A stretch of DNA of 64,000 nucleotides, filler included, from Jimgerdemannia flammicorona (GCA_003990765.1; 3 parts of 3 records of this genome joined end to end with filler, not necessarily neighbours in it), one strand, 5' to 3'. Shown: positions 38,401 through 50,832, counted from the first letter of the whole stretch. Numbers and translations are program-made. The notes: a model not told the origin generated them from the letters alone.

Positions 38401-41400
38401 ATGATGTGGCTTATATATGAGGACTGAGGAAGGGGCTGGAAAAGTGGCAGATAGTATATAAGAAATACTGGTTGGAGATAGAGACTATGGATGGGCAGAC
38501 TGTTAGAAGATCTTAGTAGTACTAAATACTCAGTATTGGAAGACAGATAAGATTACAGTAGAGAGGAACTTGGATCTTATGGGTAATGAGATGAGTATGG
38601 AATTGTAGAGTAGGCACTTTCTCTCAAAAAACATTATTTAATAAGAATAGTACAACTGGAATCTTCTTTGAATATCAAAAAACTGAGAGGTGCAATGAGA
38701 TAATAGAATATTTTTAGCTAGTTGAAGGGACTGGAGGTGAATCTTTTCTTATTACAAAATGTGGGTTATGATGTAGACTTAGAATTACTGGACTGGATGA
38801 GGAAATAGAGCAGTACAGTAGTATTGTAGTATCAAGTGGAGGGGATATTGGGGACATTGGACATTGGGTAAGCCAATTGGTATAGGGAGTGTGGAGGAGG
38901 CTGAGTTGGACTCTCCTGACTGTGAGATTATACTATAGCCTGGTGGAAAAGAGAGAGCAAGTGAATTGAGTCTGGGGTCTGTAAGAGGCTGGTGTTTGAT
39001 AGATGTGGGGATCAACTCTCTAGTGGAAAACTTTAATATAATATGCAATAGTAGGTTGGATAAGACTGATGGAGGTAGGGGTATGGTAGGCTGAGGTAGA
39101 GGGATGGAGAACGGGAAGGAGATTGAGAGACTGAGTATTTTGGTGGATACCAGGTAACTTGGATAGACAGATCTTAGGATCTATACTCACTGGGTGACAG
39201 GACTGGGATCCTGAGTAGACTGGGTATTGATAGCTAAGTGCTAGGGTGTAGTTATCTAGAGTAATATTGAGATAGTCTGATGTCCTTTGTCTGATCACTG
39301 GGGGTTGCTGAGCAGAGAGAAGTTTGGGGATAGTGAAGTTGGACCTGGATACTAGTGCCTAAATACCACATTGCTGAGGGATTGTACCTTGTGGGAGAAT
39401 AGATAGAAAATATTAGCACTAAGGTTGTTGGCTAGAGAGTACTGGGGTTAGAGATTGGGGACCATTGATGATAGTTATAATTAGATACTCAGAGGTATTG
39501 GGGTGAGGCAAGAAGAGAGAGAGGGGTTCAGCAGAGGCAGTATATTAGGTGGGCTTTATAGAGACTGGTGAATCTACTAAAGAGATGGACTGGATCATTA
39601 GAGAACTGTGGGATAGGGAACTAGTGGATTCTAAGAATCCAGTAAGAGATGAAAGAACTGAAGGGGCTGCTTAGACAGGAGGAGAAATTGCAGGCAAAAG
39701 GACTGGTAGCTTAGCTGAGATGGTAGGGTGTGGAGGAGGGGGGGCAGCCTACTAAATTTCTGTCAAGACTGCTACAGATAAGAAGGACAAGACAGTAGTG
39801 AGAAGGAGTGTTGGATGAGGTAGAGGAGATGGATACTGAGACACTAGAGATCTTGAGCCTATTGTGGTCTTACTAAGAGTAGCTGTATAGTAAGAAGGAG
39901 AGGAGAGAATTTGCCCTAGACATTGATAGGCAGCTGGAGGATTGACACCCAGATCTGACTGTGGGTCTGGACAAACTGAGATCTCTAGTATATAGAGAGA
40001 AGATGTGTTAGATTTTGGTGACAATAAGTAGAGGATGGTCCCTAGGAAGGATGAGTTGCCTTCAGATTTTTGGAAAAAGATAGCCAGTATTGAGAGTTTG
40101 TTAGAGAAGATGGTATTGATGTGTGATGAGGTCATCAGCTTAGGGTCCTGGATTACAGAACAGCACCTGGGGCTTATAGTGCTATTATATAAGAACAAGT
40201 GGAGAAGAGAGGATTGGAAGAACTGGAGACCAATTATGCTTCGGGATATAGATTGCAAATTGGTGACAAAGATTTTGGTGGCCAGACTTCAAAGAGTGGC
40301 TCAGCAGATACTAGGGGCTGAGTAGAGGGGCTTTGTTAGAGCCTGGTTGATTTGTGATAGAATAGAATACTTCCACAGTATTATTGAGGATGCTTGTATA
40401 GCTGGAATTAACAGTTGACCAGTCTTTCTGAATCAAGAGAAGATATATGACAGAGTTAGGTAAATATAGCTAGAGGGAATATAGAAGTGAATGAGAGTTC
40501 CCTCAGGGTTCAAGAGATCATTGATTTATCTGTTCAAGGAGAGTTGGGCAGCTATTATGGAGAATAGACACAGGGGAGAGTCCTTCTCTCTGGGCAGAGA
40601 AGTGCTGTAGGGAGATCCACTCTCACTGATTCTCTATACTCTCTCATTAGAGCTCTTATTGGACAGAATTTAGTACAGAGTTGGGGGTTTGAATATTTTA
40701 GGAATAAACTGGAAGATTGGGGCCTTTGCTAATAATATAGTAGTCAGGCTGGACTTAGTAGAGGATGTAGTAGTACCAAAGAGTGTAGTAGAATAGTATG
40801 AGGGATGTTTGAGAGCTAAGCTCAATTGATATAAGTATAAAACTCTGGTCCTAGGTAGAGGGTTAGTTGGAGGCAATGTGATTGGAATAGTGGTCACTGC
40901 TAGTGAAGTGGTTTACTACTTGGGAATCTATTTCTCAGTATATGGTTCTCTGCTGTCTTATGGCTAGTAATTATTAGCTTTGTGGAATGTTCTCTTGAGG
41001 TGGAGAGATCAGTATATCTCTCTGGCAAAGAGAGTGATGGTACTGAATGTGTACTGCCTGCCAAAGCTATAGTATATTGGATATCACTTGGACTTTTCAG
41101 TATAGGTGGTCAAGAGACTATTAAAGATAGCCAGATCATAGATTTGGGTAGAGTGGCAGAGCCAGATCAGTTTAGAGATATTGATATTGACTGTAGACAG
41201 AGAGATAGGCTGGATCTGGTGGACTTCACTAAGTATCTACACTGCTTGAGAGTATGGTGGCTAAAGTGAGTGAGCAAATTACAGAGTCAAGAGTGAGTGC
41301 TCCTTATGTAGATTGTGTGGAAAGTTCAGTGCTCTCTCTGAGCCAAGACTGGTGACCTGCTCTCTATGATAGCTCTCAAAGGAAGTTAGAAGATATACTA

Positions 41401-42364
41401 TAGAGGATTCAGTTGGAGAGTGGTTAGTAGTATCTACCATATTGATCTCTAGTAGAGGGGGGATGAGGTGGAGGAGGAGTGGAGACTACAGATGTAGAGG
41501 TGGGACTACCTACTGCTAGGAGATACACTGGTGGAGAATTTTTAACTAAAAGATGGCATAGAATTTCTATGAGAGTATGAGGGAGATTTGTGGCCAGAGG
41601 TATAGCAGGGGGTAGAGATTGGTGAGGAGTGGGACTGGAATAGCATTTGGTCTTGATATAAGCAGATAGTGATTAACTCTCTTCTAAGTTCTGGGCAGTA
41701 TGGTGATAGATACTAAGGCATAATATAATGCTGAACTATTGGTCAAGACACTTAGTAGAAGGGAGTTATTTGGAGTGTGAGAAGTATCTGGATATTGGAT
41801 AGGTGGGGGGTATAATACAGATCTCTGAGTATTAGCTTAAAGAGTGCAAGATTCTGGGAGATTTCTGGAGAGTCATTGAGGACTAGCTAGAGTTGTAATC
41901 TTTGAGGAGAGGAGAGGGTGGGAAGTGGGGTGATCTCGGGCATAAGGTAGTGTGAGGAGTTGAGGATGAGTGGTTGACTTTCAGATTGGCTCTGATTGTT
42001 TAAGTTGGGCTTACCAGATATTGACTCTATATATTTGAGGATAATCAATGATTGGTAGTTGGGGTAAGGGTTATATGATGGGAGTGACTGCTACTTGATA
42101 TCTTGAACAATTGATAGTAGGAGTAGAGACAGAGAGTGAGAAGCCATAGGAGGCTTGTGTAATATATTTACAAGAAGAGTAGGAGGAGAGTTAGAGTCAC
42201 TAGGGAGTTGGTAACTCTCTGGAGAGATAGAGAGAGTTGGAGGAATGGGGGTCTATATAGGATTGGGTGAAGGGTGGGCCAGTTCTCTATATTCATATAA
42301 TATAGATTAGATGGCAATTAGTAATAAAAGTAGAAGTCCAAGTAACTATAAAAAAAAAAAAAAA
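35441..42364 (+). mobile_element. LINE copy C, full length, nested in ORF2 of LINE B
   Basis: Has the same 5' motif and the same 3' end (gtcca.gtaactat + poly(A)) as copy A, plus KNWRPI and GDPL motifs. A degenerate 14-bp TSD is agtgatagtactga (35427-35440) / agtaatgatactga (42365-42378). Confidence 0.85.
36338..37530 (+). mobile_element. 1.2-kb retroposed insertion (poly(A) + TSD) in LINE C ORF1, not obviously homologous to the host LINE
   Basis: A perfect 16-bp TSD agagattatgaatata lies at 36322-36337 and 37531-37546. AATAAA at 37478 is followed by poly(A) at 37507-37530. Confidence 0.85.
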
Positions 42365-43144
42365 AGTAATGATACTGAATGTATACTAGCAACTGAAGCT
42401 GTAATATATTGGACATCACTTGGACTTTCCAGCATAGGTGGTCAAAAGACTATTAAAGATGGCTAGATTATAGATTTGGGTAGAGCAGTAAAGTCAAATC
42501 AGGTGAGAGTTATTGATATTTTCTATAGATAGAGATAGACGGGGCCTAGTGAACTTCACCAAGTATCTATACTACTTGAGAGTATGGTGGTCAAGGTGAG
42601 GGAGTAAATTGAGGAGTTGAGAGTAAGTACCTCTTATGCAGAGAGTTTGGGAAGTTTGGTGCTCTCTCTAAGAAATAACTGGTGACCTGCTCTCTCTGGT
42701 GGTTCTCAAAAGAAGTCAGAAGATATGCTATAGAGGATTCTGATGAAGAGTGGTAGATAGTACCCACCACATTGATCTCTGATGGAGGGGGGATAAAGGG
42801 GAGGAGGAATAGAAACTGTAATTGTGGAGATAGGACTATCTACTATTAGGAGATATGCTGGTGGCAGCATGTCCTTTCACCCATAACATTCGGGTGACAC
42901 AAGACTCAGACAACACTCTTTACTATGTTTTTGGTGTCTGACAACTATCAACATAGATGGCAACAATCGAACTGGTGAGCATACTGGCCAGGGAGGAGAC
43001 AGCACCTTTGGCTGACAGTAGGTGGAGAGGAGGGGAGATGGTTTGGGGATGCCGGGGGCTTCAATGGCTAGCCAAGGTCCTGGTGGTGGAGGGAGGGGCA
43101 GTCTGAGGCAGAGAGGAGGGGAGAGGTTGACCTTTGCTTTTTTT

Positions 43145-43244
43145 NNNNNNNNNNNNNNNNNNNNNNNNNNNNNNNNNNNNNNNNNNNNTTAATTAATTAA
43201 NNNNNNNNNNNNNNNNNNNNNNNNNNNNNNNNNNNNNNNNNNNN
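43145..43244. other. Assembly gap with artificial TTAATTAATTAA linker
   Basis: N run with a central linker. Confidence 0.95.
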
Positions 43245-46200
43245 AAAAAAAAAAAAAAAAAAAAGAGGTATGAGGTTATCTTCAACACCAGCACCTCGGA
43301 GAATTGCATCCCGGAACATGTGGCCAAAACTACGGGAAGGGCAATCAAGTCTACCAACCTTGTTGTAAGCATGGCAAATGGAACCCTACACTCGTACAGA
43401 ATGATAGAAGGACTCAGGGCAAGGATCGGTGCTAAGGAATACTTGCTCGATGCTATTGTCTTCCCAGATACCTTGTTAGCAACCATCTTAATTGGCATGG
43501 CTTGGTTGCAGCCACAAGGTGCTCACATCCACTTGGACACCATGCAATTAGTCCTAAGGGATGGCAATAGCATTCCAGTATGGACTGGAGTCCAATTAAT
43601 GTGGGCCGAAGGCATCGATGAGGATGATAGTGGAATGGACAACACCTCAGATGAAGAAGACAATGAAGAAGGTGACAAGCAGGTGCACGCCATGATGATG
43701 AACCTAATAGGCCCTGATCTGGATAAGGAACAACTGTATGACCTCACGCTTGTACTAGGTGATGCCCTGTTCACTAACAGGGTAGAAGATTTCAGGCATT
43801 GTAACCTTGTCTAACATTGCATATATATAGGCAACATGGTCCCGATTAGACAAAAGGCATATAGGCTTAGCCCATGGAAGAAAGCCTTTATATAAGAAGA
43901 ATTGGAAAAATTAATAATGCTCAGGGTAATACAACTATCAGAGAGTCCCTGGGCCTCCCCTGTCATCATTCTGGACAAGAAGGATGGAAACTTACAACTT
44001 TGCGGTAATTTCCGGAAGCTCAACCTGGCAATGGTCAAGGATGCATATCCCTTGCCTAGAATTGATGAGCTCTTGGACGCACTAAGTGGAGGCATGTGGT
44101 TCTCAACCTTGGACCTGAAGAGTGGGTTCTGGCAGATCAAACTGGCTCTAGAGAATAGGTCGAAAACAGCATTCATCATGGTGTTTGGACTATATGAATA
44201 CCGGCATATGCCAATGGGTCTCGTGAACTCCCCGGCAATGTTCCAGCGCCTTATGGACCTGATCCTATGACCATACATTGGCAAGTTCATACTGGTCTAT
44301 ATAGATGATATCATCATATATTCAGCAACCTATAATGAGCATATGGAGCATTTAGCTGCTATAATGGAAGCCTTTTGGTGAGCCAACCTTATGCTCAACC
44401 ATAAGAAGTGTTTCTTTACTCAAAAGCAGGTTGCTTACCTGGGACATGTCATCGATGGTGCTGGAATACATGTGGATCCCACCAAAATACATAAAATTAG
44501 CATGTTTCCCATTCCAAAGAACCTCGAGGATGTATGATGGTTCCTAGGAATTGTAGGGTATTATCACCATTTTGTGCTTGGCTTTGTAGTAGTGGTGCAG
44601 CCCCTTATGAAGTTAACATCCCAGATACATACCTTCAAGTGGTTGGAGGATGCGCAGCGAGCGTTTGAGGAATTGCGGAATCATCTGATTCAGGCACCCA
44701 TTCTGGCATACCTACACGATGGGGCCCCCTCTATCTTGCAAATAGATGCCTTGAACTACATGATTAGCTGTGTGCTCACACAGATAGAGATCGACGGTCT
44801 TGAACACCCTGTTGCTTATGTAAGCAGAACCCTAAATGGTGCTGAGCAGAAGTATACAACAATGGAAAAGGAAGGATTAGCAGTCATTTGGAGTATAGAC
44901 CAGTTTCATTACTATTTGGACACTGGTCAGCCTTTTGTCATATAGACCGACCATGCGGCACTCAAATCTATTCTTGCTATCAAAGAATCCAAGAGACATA
45001 TAGCTTGATGGATAGTCAAGCTGATGGCTTACCAGTATACTGTTGAGCTTCACCCAGGTCAAGTTCACTCAAATGCCAATGCATTATCCCGGCTGATAGA
45101 ACCCGAGTAAGAAGAACTAGTGGAAGTCTATGTGGCAAAGAAAAGAGCAGAATATGTAAGTGCAAAGTGGACCCCAGAAATGTACAATGAGACCCTTGCC
45201 AAAATCACCGGTTCCCCATCCAGCCCACTTCTTGCCACCCCAATTCAGAGGAAAATAGGAGAAATAGTCTGGAAGCTCGAGCTCGACCAGCAGACCCTTC
45301 ACTATGTCAAAGATAAGCATGTCTTACCTCATCCCGACCAGGTATCTCCCCTGATAGACTGATTCTACGGGATGGTGCATTTTGAGCTCAAGAATACCTT
45401 GCAGGCAGTGCAACATAAATACCAGTGGCCGGAAATGTTTCAGGACGTACAACGATGTGTAGCCTCCTGTGAAGCTTGCCAGGCATGCACCAGCCCAAAA
45501 AGACATGAGAACTTGATGCCTATTGAAGTGACGGGCCCCTTTGACAGGGTCAGAGTAGACTTCATTGGACCATTGCCACAAACAGACTGTATGAACGCAT
45601 ATATTATTGTCAGCATAGACTATCTTATAAAGTAGGTAGAGGTGTGCACCACCATCGATGCCACTGCCACCACCGCTGCTAGGTTCATATACAAGGACAT
45701 AGTTTGCTGACATGGTTGCCCTGTAATCTTGCAGAGTAACTGGGAGAGCCATTTCATGGGAAATGTTGTCAGCGAGCTAACTGCTCATTTCAGAATCACC
45801 CACAAGTTCACGATGCCATATCACCTCCAGTCCAATGGCCTTGTGGAGAGATTCAACCAAACCCTAAAAGGAGCATTAAAAAGGCTGGTGTTAGAACACA
45901 ACAATGACTGGGATCTACATCTCCCCGCCATTCTTTTTGCATACCGAACCATATCCAGACAACTACTCGCCATTCCCCATTCACACTTATCTATGGGCGG
46001 GAGGCACAGCACTCCTTTGGACCCACTGTCAGTCTGGTTGACAAGCCCTTGGAGGATACCTTAGCAGAGGCTATCCTTAGGCGAGCTGAGGAGGTCACCC
46101 ATCTCGACAAGAAGACTCGTAAGCAGGCCCTTGAGCGAATCAGGAATGAGCAAGTGAAACAGAAGGCTCGGTACGATGCTCAGAGAGTTTGGGGCCTCAT

Positions 46201-46760
46201 TCCGCCATTGGCAGAAGGAGATCTGGTGATGCTGCATAAAGAAACTGCTGGGGCATGGGAATCTCAGTGGGCGGGGCCATATATGGTCAAGATCATCCAC
46301 GGAAATGGCACTTATTCACTGATGGGGCCTGGCAGAGTAGACCTAGAGGCTCCCCAACATGGAAACAGACTCCAGGCATATATTCCGAGGGTGTAGGGGC
46401 TGAATGAGGGCAGATGCAAGAGGATGTGGGCAGAATGGAGTGTGGGAAAGAGCTTAAAGGCAGGTGGCTGAATGGTAGGAGACAAAAATTAGATGCTGGC
46501 AGGACTAGCAAAAGCTGTTATTGGAGGGAATTGGCTTAGATTACTGCCAGAGGAATATTTGTGGACATATAGCAGTCCAAGGAGTGGGTCAAAATAGATG
46601 ACAACAAGGTAGCAGTATAGAGCAGACCGAAACCTATCGAATAAGCTTTTCAGAAGAAAAATCGAGTGCCAATTGGGCCAGATAACCCCAGGTAAAGAAC
46701 AGACCCTTGGTAGCCCACCAGAATGTGCAGACATTTCATTATTCCTCTTTTAGTTAAACT

Positions 46761-46849
46761 AGTATAAATACACGTCGAATACACAACAAATTCTCTTTAT
46801 TCTTGTCAATCCTCTCTCTCTTCTTTCTCTTTTCCTTCGTTATATCATT
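46761..46849 (+). promoter_or_regulatory. Putative internal promoter for the retrotransposon-borne cyclin (TATA box + CT-rich tract)
   Basis: tataaata at 46763 and a pyrimidine-rich tract at 46790-46840 sit immediately before the ATG at 46850. Confidence 0.45.
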
Positions 46850-47908
46850 ATGGCTAACTCTTTGGCATAAGCCCCCCTTTCCTGCTCCTCTTCAACTATT
46901 ATACCATCAACTCTACTCTTTTACCATGCTATCCCAAACCGGGGCACCACAACCCCAGCATCCCCCTTGATGCCGTGCTCAGCTTTTGCCACTCCGGAAC
47001 CCAATAATGGTGGCTCCTCGATGGATTACTCAAGCCACAATAGGTTCTCTCCCTCTGATCTTTATGAAGAAGGAGAAGCGCAACGACCTCTTTGGATAGA
47101 ACCCCATGCTCCGCCCCTCAAGGAAAACCATTACAAGTGATTCTGGTCGACTCCCAGCCACCTAGATAGCATCATCGATCAGCAAGAAAGATATCTGTGT
47201 CGGCAGGAGTATGGATGAAAACTGGAAAGCGAGGCAAAGGGCATCCAAGTCAATATTAGAATAATGCTGATACATAACCCATACACTTGGCACTAATGGG
47301 AGGAAATGTTTTTATGGTTGCTAGTTCTAGCATCCACGTATGGTACAGATCAGCAAATATCGATGTCCTTCGTAGCATTGAATATCCTAGACCAATTCAT
47401 AGCAAGGGGTCCATTGGAAGAAGACCATTATCGAATCGCCAGTGTAGTGTGCTTCAGACTGGCATATAGGGCAATGACCCCTTACCTAGATTGTCATTGG
47501 TCCTCGGAACAAGCAAAAAGACTGCACGACAAACAATACGAGAAGAGAGGAAATGAGGAGGTCTTTCATCAACTGGAGTATGAGATCCTATGACTGTTAG
47601 AATGGCGTTTGGTATCCAAGGCCTCCGCAGAAAGCATCCTCCAGTTCCTGGAGAATGAGCAAGGAATATGACCAGAAGAAAGGCTATATGCCAGAAGACT
47701 AAACGAACTGGCAATCTTCGACCAGAACTTGGCCGAATTCGACGCATGGACCCTGGCGTCATCTAGTCTATACATTGCCAGAAAAGGGAATGCAGGGCCT
47801 CTGACCTCGGATGACCCTTGTTTTCTGTGTCTTCACTGTTTCTCACAATGCTTATATTCCTTGGTGCCCCCCATGGTCCACCGGTGTTATCCACAGTTGT
47901 TCTTGTAA
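46850..47908 (+). pseudogene. Intronless cyclin-fold gene (~352 aa when restored) carried inside the Gypsy element
   Basis: One frame with no frameshift reads EEMFLWLL...FVALNILDQFI...YRIASVVCFRLAYR...QLEYEIL*LLEWRL...ESILQFL...YARRLNELAIFDQNLAEFDAWTLASSSLYIARK, i.e. N- and C-terminal cyclin boxes. The six internal stops are all TAA/TGA, each one C>T change from CAA/CGA. Confidence 0.8.
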
Positions 47909-47939
47909 GGAAGGACACATCCAAAGAAGGGAAGGTGGA

Positions 47940-48455
47940 TGTAGAGGCACGTGGCCAAAAAAATAGGATGCATCCAAATCAGGCAAGAATTCTGGATTCT
48001 GAAACAACATGGAAGAAGTCCTGTTCCATTTCCATTTCTATCGGTAAAGCACTCTAATTACTCAGTGGAGCATTCCAGACACTTCTTGGGGTTCATAGAA
48101 GTATATGGAGAAAGATTACTCAGTATTTCTAGCAGTTTCAAGGATAGGAGGGCTTCCATGTATAAATAGCGTAGGCTCAAGCATGCAATAAAGGACAGAG
48201 TTAGTTCAGTAAGAGAATCGGAATTTATTGAGAATTGGCAACTAGAAGCGCATATCCTGAGAATTCGTAGATCTAAGAATTCGGTGTGCAAGCGGTCGTT
48301 TTTCAAGCCTTCCGAGAGGTTCTTCCAACACTTTACTTAGCGAGTTCCCTAGCAAACGCATCGCGATTACCACACACCCTTTCAATCTACAACCAGTCCA
48401 ATTACCACCCCTTTGACAGTCAAGTGATTTCAGGTGGAAACTGCTGAATTTCACA
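47940..48455 (+). repeat. 3' LTR (~516 bp) of the Gypsy element
   Basis: The polypurine tract aaagaagggaaggtgga directly precedes TGTAGAG. Internal tataaata (~48162) and aataaa (48187) are present. It ends in TTTCACA exactly where host-gene homology begins (cctgc, 48456). Confidence 0.75.
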
Positions 48456-48794
48456 CCTGCAGGGGTCGCACTTGTCAAAGCCACCGCAATTGCTGAAACC
48501 ATGGATGAGGCTGCAGGGTCCGCAAGGGTCGCACTTGTCAAACCCACCACAATCGCCGAAACCATGGGCGAAGCTGCAGGGCCTGCAGGGATCGCACTTG
48601 TCGAAGCCACAGCAGGTGTCGAAATTGCAATTGTCGCCACACCGCTTCTCCGCGGCACCGTTGAGGCAGCGAGCATCAAGGGTGAGTGCCTGGGGTTCAG
48701 TGCTGGAATTAGGGATGGGTTTGGCGACACTGAGCTGGACGAAGAGGACCTGGACAGTGAGGGCGAGGAAGACAATAGTGGATTGCTTGGCCAT
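48456..48794 (-). pseudogene. Secreted Cys-rich protein paralog, 3'-truncated by the Gypsy LTR
   Basis: MAKQSTIVFLAL...EKRCGDNC...GFDKCDPC is near-identical to 50833-51570 up to the LTR junction, then reads into the LTR to a stop at 48420. Confidence 0.85.
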
Positions 48795-49019
48795 TTTGTA
48801 AATGTTTGTGTTGGTGGGAAGTGTTATGGAGAAGAGCTGGAAGAAGGTTCTGTGAATGGATGTGTTGCAGGAGTCAACTAAGGATAGAAAGATGATATGT
48901 GAATGCTCTCTTATACATTCAAATTTTCTGACCAGCAAGGCACAGCGTCCGCTCTCATCAAACCTAGGCAGGGTACATTTACATCTATAAGATTTGTTGA
49001 TGATTCAGCTGTAAATCTT

Positions 49020-50021
49020 GTTGTGATTGTGTGAAGCTGTACTATTTCCATAGGTAAAACAAAGTTTGCCAGACGATGTGTGCACATAATGATTTAGAAG
49101 GCTGTTTTAATCAACATATCATCACGGTATTGATGCGCTAAGGGTGGGTAATTTTTGTGAATGCAGATTACTCTTTACGCCTAAATAATTTAAACGCCAA
49201 GTTGGCTATTACGTGATCCTGAGCACCTGAGCAACGGCTGTGAGACATGTTCTCTAGACGGCCTGTCAGAAGGTCCATTTATTAACCTGTGCTGAATGGT
49301 GCCTGATTTTTTTTTTTTTTTTTTTTTTTATCCATTTTGCTTATACAATGAATTTATTAGGGTCAAGAAATCAGGTTGCTTGAATTGCTTGAATACGATG
49401 CCGAGGCGCTTATCCCATAGTATACTACCTGCACAATGAGTTTGTAACTCTTAAAAAAACAAAATATCATCCACTTCGTTATTTTGGTACGCCAGGCCGT
49501 CACATAATTAACTATCCGCGAATTGTTGACCACATTTTTGTGGCAATGCAAGCATTGAACAGAATTACAAGGGTTCAGCTTGACATCAAGCCTGGACTCT
49601 AAGTTAACCAGATTTTTTGAAAGGTGTTTACATTTTTTTTTTTTTTTTTTTTTTTTTGGTACCCAAAATTTTGGCCGAAATGAATAAATGAATAAACCGC
49701 CATTGAATGGAAAAGATGGCAGAACACCGTGATTGTGTGAGACTGTGCTGTTTCCGTAGGTAAAACAATGTTTGTCAGACAATGTGTGCACATAGTGATT
49801 TAGAAGGCGTTGTTAATCAACATACCGTCACGGCATTGACGCGGCAAGAGAATGCAGATTACCCTTTACGCCTAAATAATTCAAACGCCAAGTTGGCTAC
49901 TCTGAAATTATAATATATCCAAAGGTTATTACGTGATCCTGAGCACCCGAGCAATGGCTGAGACATGTTCTCTGGACGGCCGGCACTTGTCGGCTGTCAG
50001 AAGGTCCCTGTGCTGAATGAT

Positions 50022-50053
<32 letters not shown>

Positions 50054-50470
50054 CTTATGCGTTTTGCTTACACAATGAATAAATAGTACGGTGAGGCTGG
50101 GCGCGGAAGGGTACTAATCTCCAATGTTTGAAGAAATTTATTGGAGTCAAGAAATCAAGTTGCTTGAATTGCTTGAATATGGTTCTGAGGCGCTTATCCC
50201 ATAATACACTCCCTGCACAATGCGTTTGGACTCTTAAAAAAGAAAATATCATCCACTTCGTTATTTGGTACGCCAGGCCGTCGTCATATAATTAACTATC
50301 CGCGAATTGCGATCACATTGTTGTGACAATTGACATCAAGCCCGGACTCTAATGTTAACTAGATTTTCGAACTGCTTTTGCTCCGTGCCTAATTTTATTT
50401 TATTTTTTTTTTATTTTTTTCTGGTGCCCAAAATTTTGGCTGAAATAAATAAATAAATAGACTGCCCTTG
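49020..50470. repeat. Direct duplication of upstream non-coding sequence (~49020-49700 vs ~49725-50470); also similar to 51790-52470
   Basis: Shared blocks include taggtaaaacaa, acgtgatcctgagcacc, tcaagaaatca and ggtacgccaggccgtc. Confidence 0.8.
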
Positions 50471-50832
50471 AGTGGAAATATGGCAGAATACGAGGGTTAA
50501 TATAAAAAAGCCATTCGGGGCTGCGTATATTGTAAAACTGTCTCGGGATGATACATTACCGCATCGCCCACAAGGGTATATTCAACGTCCTCCTCAACTA
50601 ATGCCAAGCGAAATAGTAAATTTGGAATCGAGAAAATTTAGCCATTGTTTTTCATAAAGGTTTTACTCATTACAAAAATGCATGGTTTCGATGATGGTGT
50701 TTATTATTATTTCAATCTGAAAAGCGCCAACTATGATATGCCGGATTTATGTACAACAATCAATCTCGCACAGTGGGTGAAGTCTGCCTTGCCTATCTAC
50801 ATATTCAACCTTCGTTGTCGAGTTTACGCCGT

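Larger units (their letters stand above)
24632..42863 (+). mobile_element. LINE copy B (L1/Tx1-like, oldest), split by nested insertions; own segments ~24632-25278, 31192-35440, 42366-42863
   Basis: Shares the 5' motif accatc(c/t)ttctccagtaacattcagg with copies A and C. Its ORF1/ORF2 remnants are collinear with A and C across each insertion junction. Confidence 0.8.
43265..48455 (+). mobile_element. Ty3/Gypsy LTR retrotransposon, 3' part: pol (PR-RT-RH-IN) to 46396, extra cyclin gene, PPT and 3' LTR
   Basis: Motifs include SPWASPV, KDAYPLPRIDELL, FSTLDLKSGFWQI, MPMGLVNSPAMFQ, YIDDIII, HPVAYVSRTL, CEACQ, VDFIGPLP, SNGLVERFNQTLK and WAGPY. Domain order is RT-RH-IN, mostly in one frame with stop codons. 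Confidence 0.92.

Noticed and set aside
25312..42300. Many short minus-strand Ser/Pro/Leu-rich ORFs
   Set aside because: By-products of the purine-rich LINE strand; no protein motifs.
42864..43144. Distinct sequence after LINE B, possibly the 5' end of another element
   Set aside because: Too short and cut by the gap to classify.
47951..48169. ORF in the same frame as the cyclin, possible C-terminal extension
   Set aside because: It lies inside the inferred LTR, after two stops and the PPT, and has no cyclin features.
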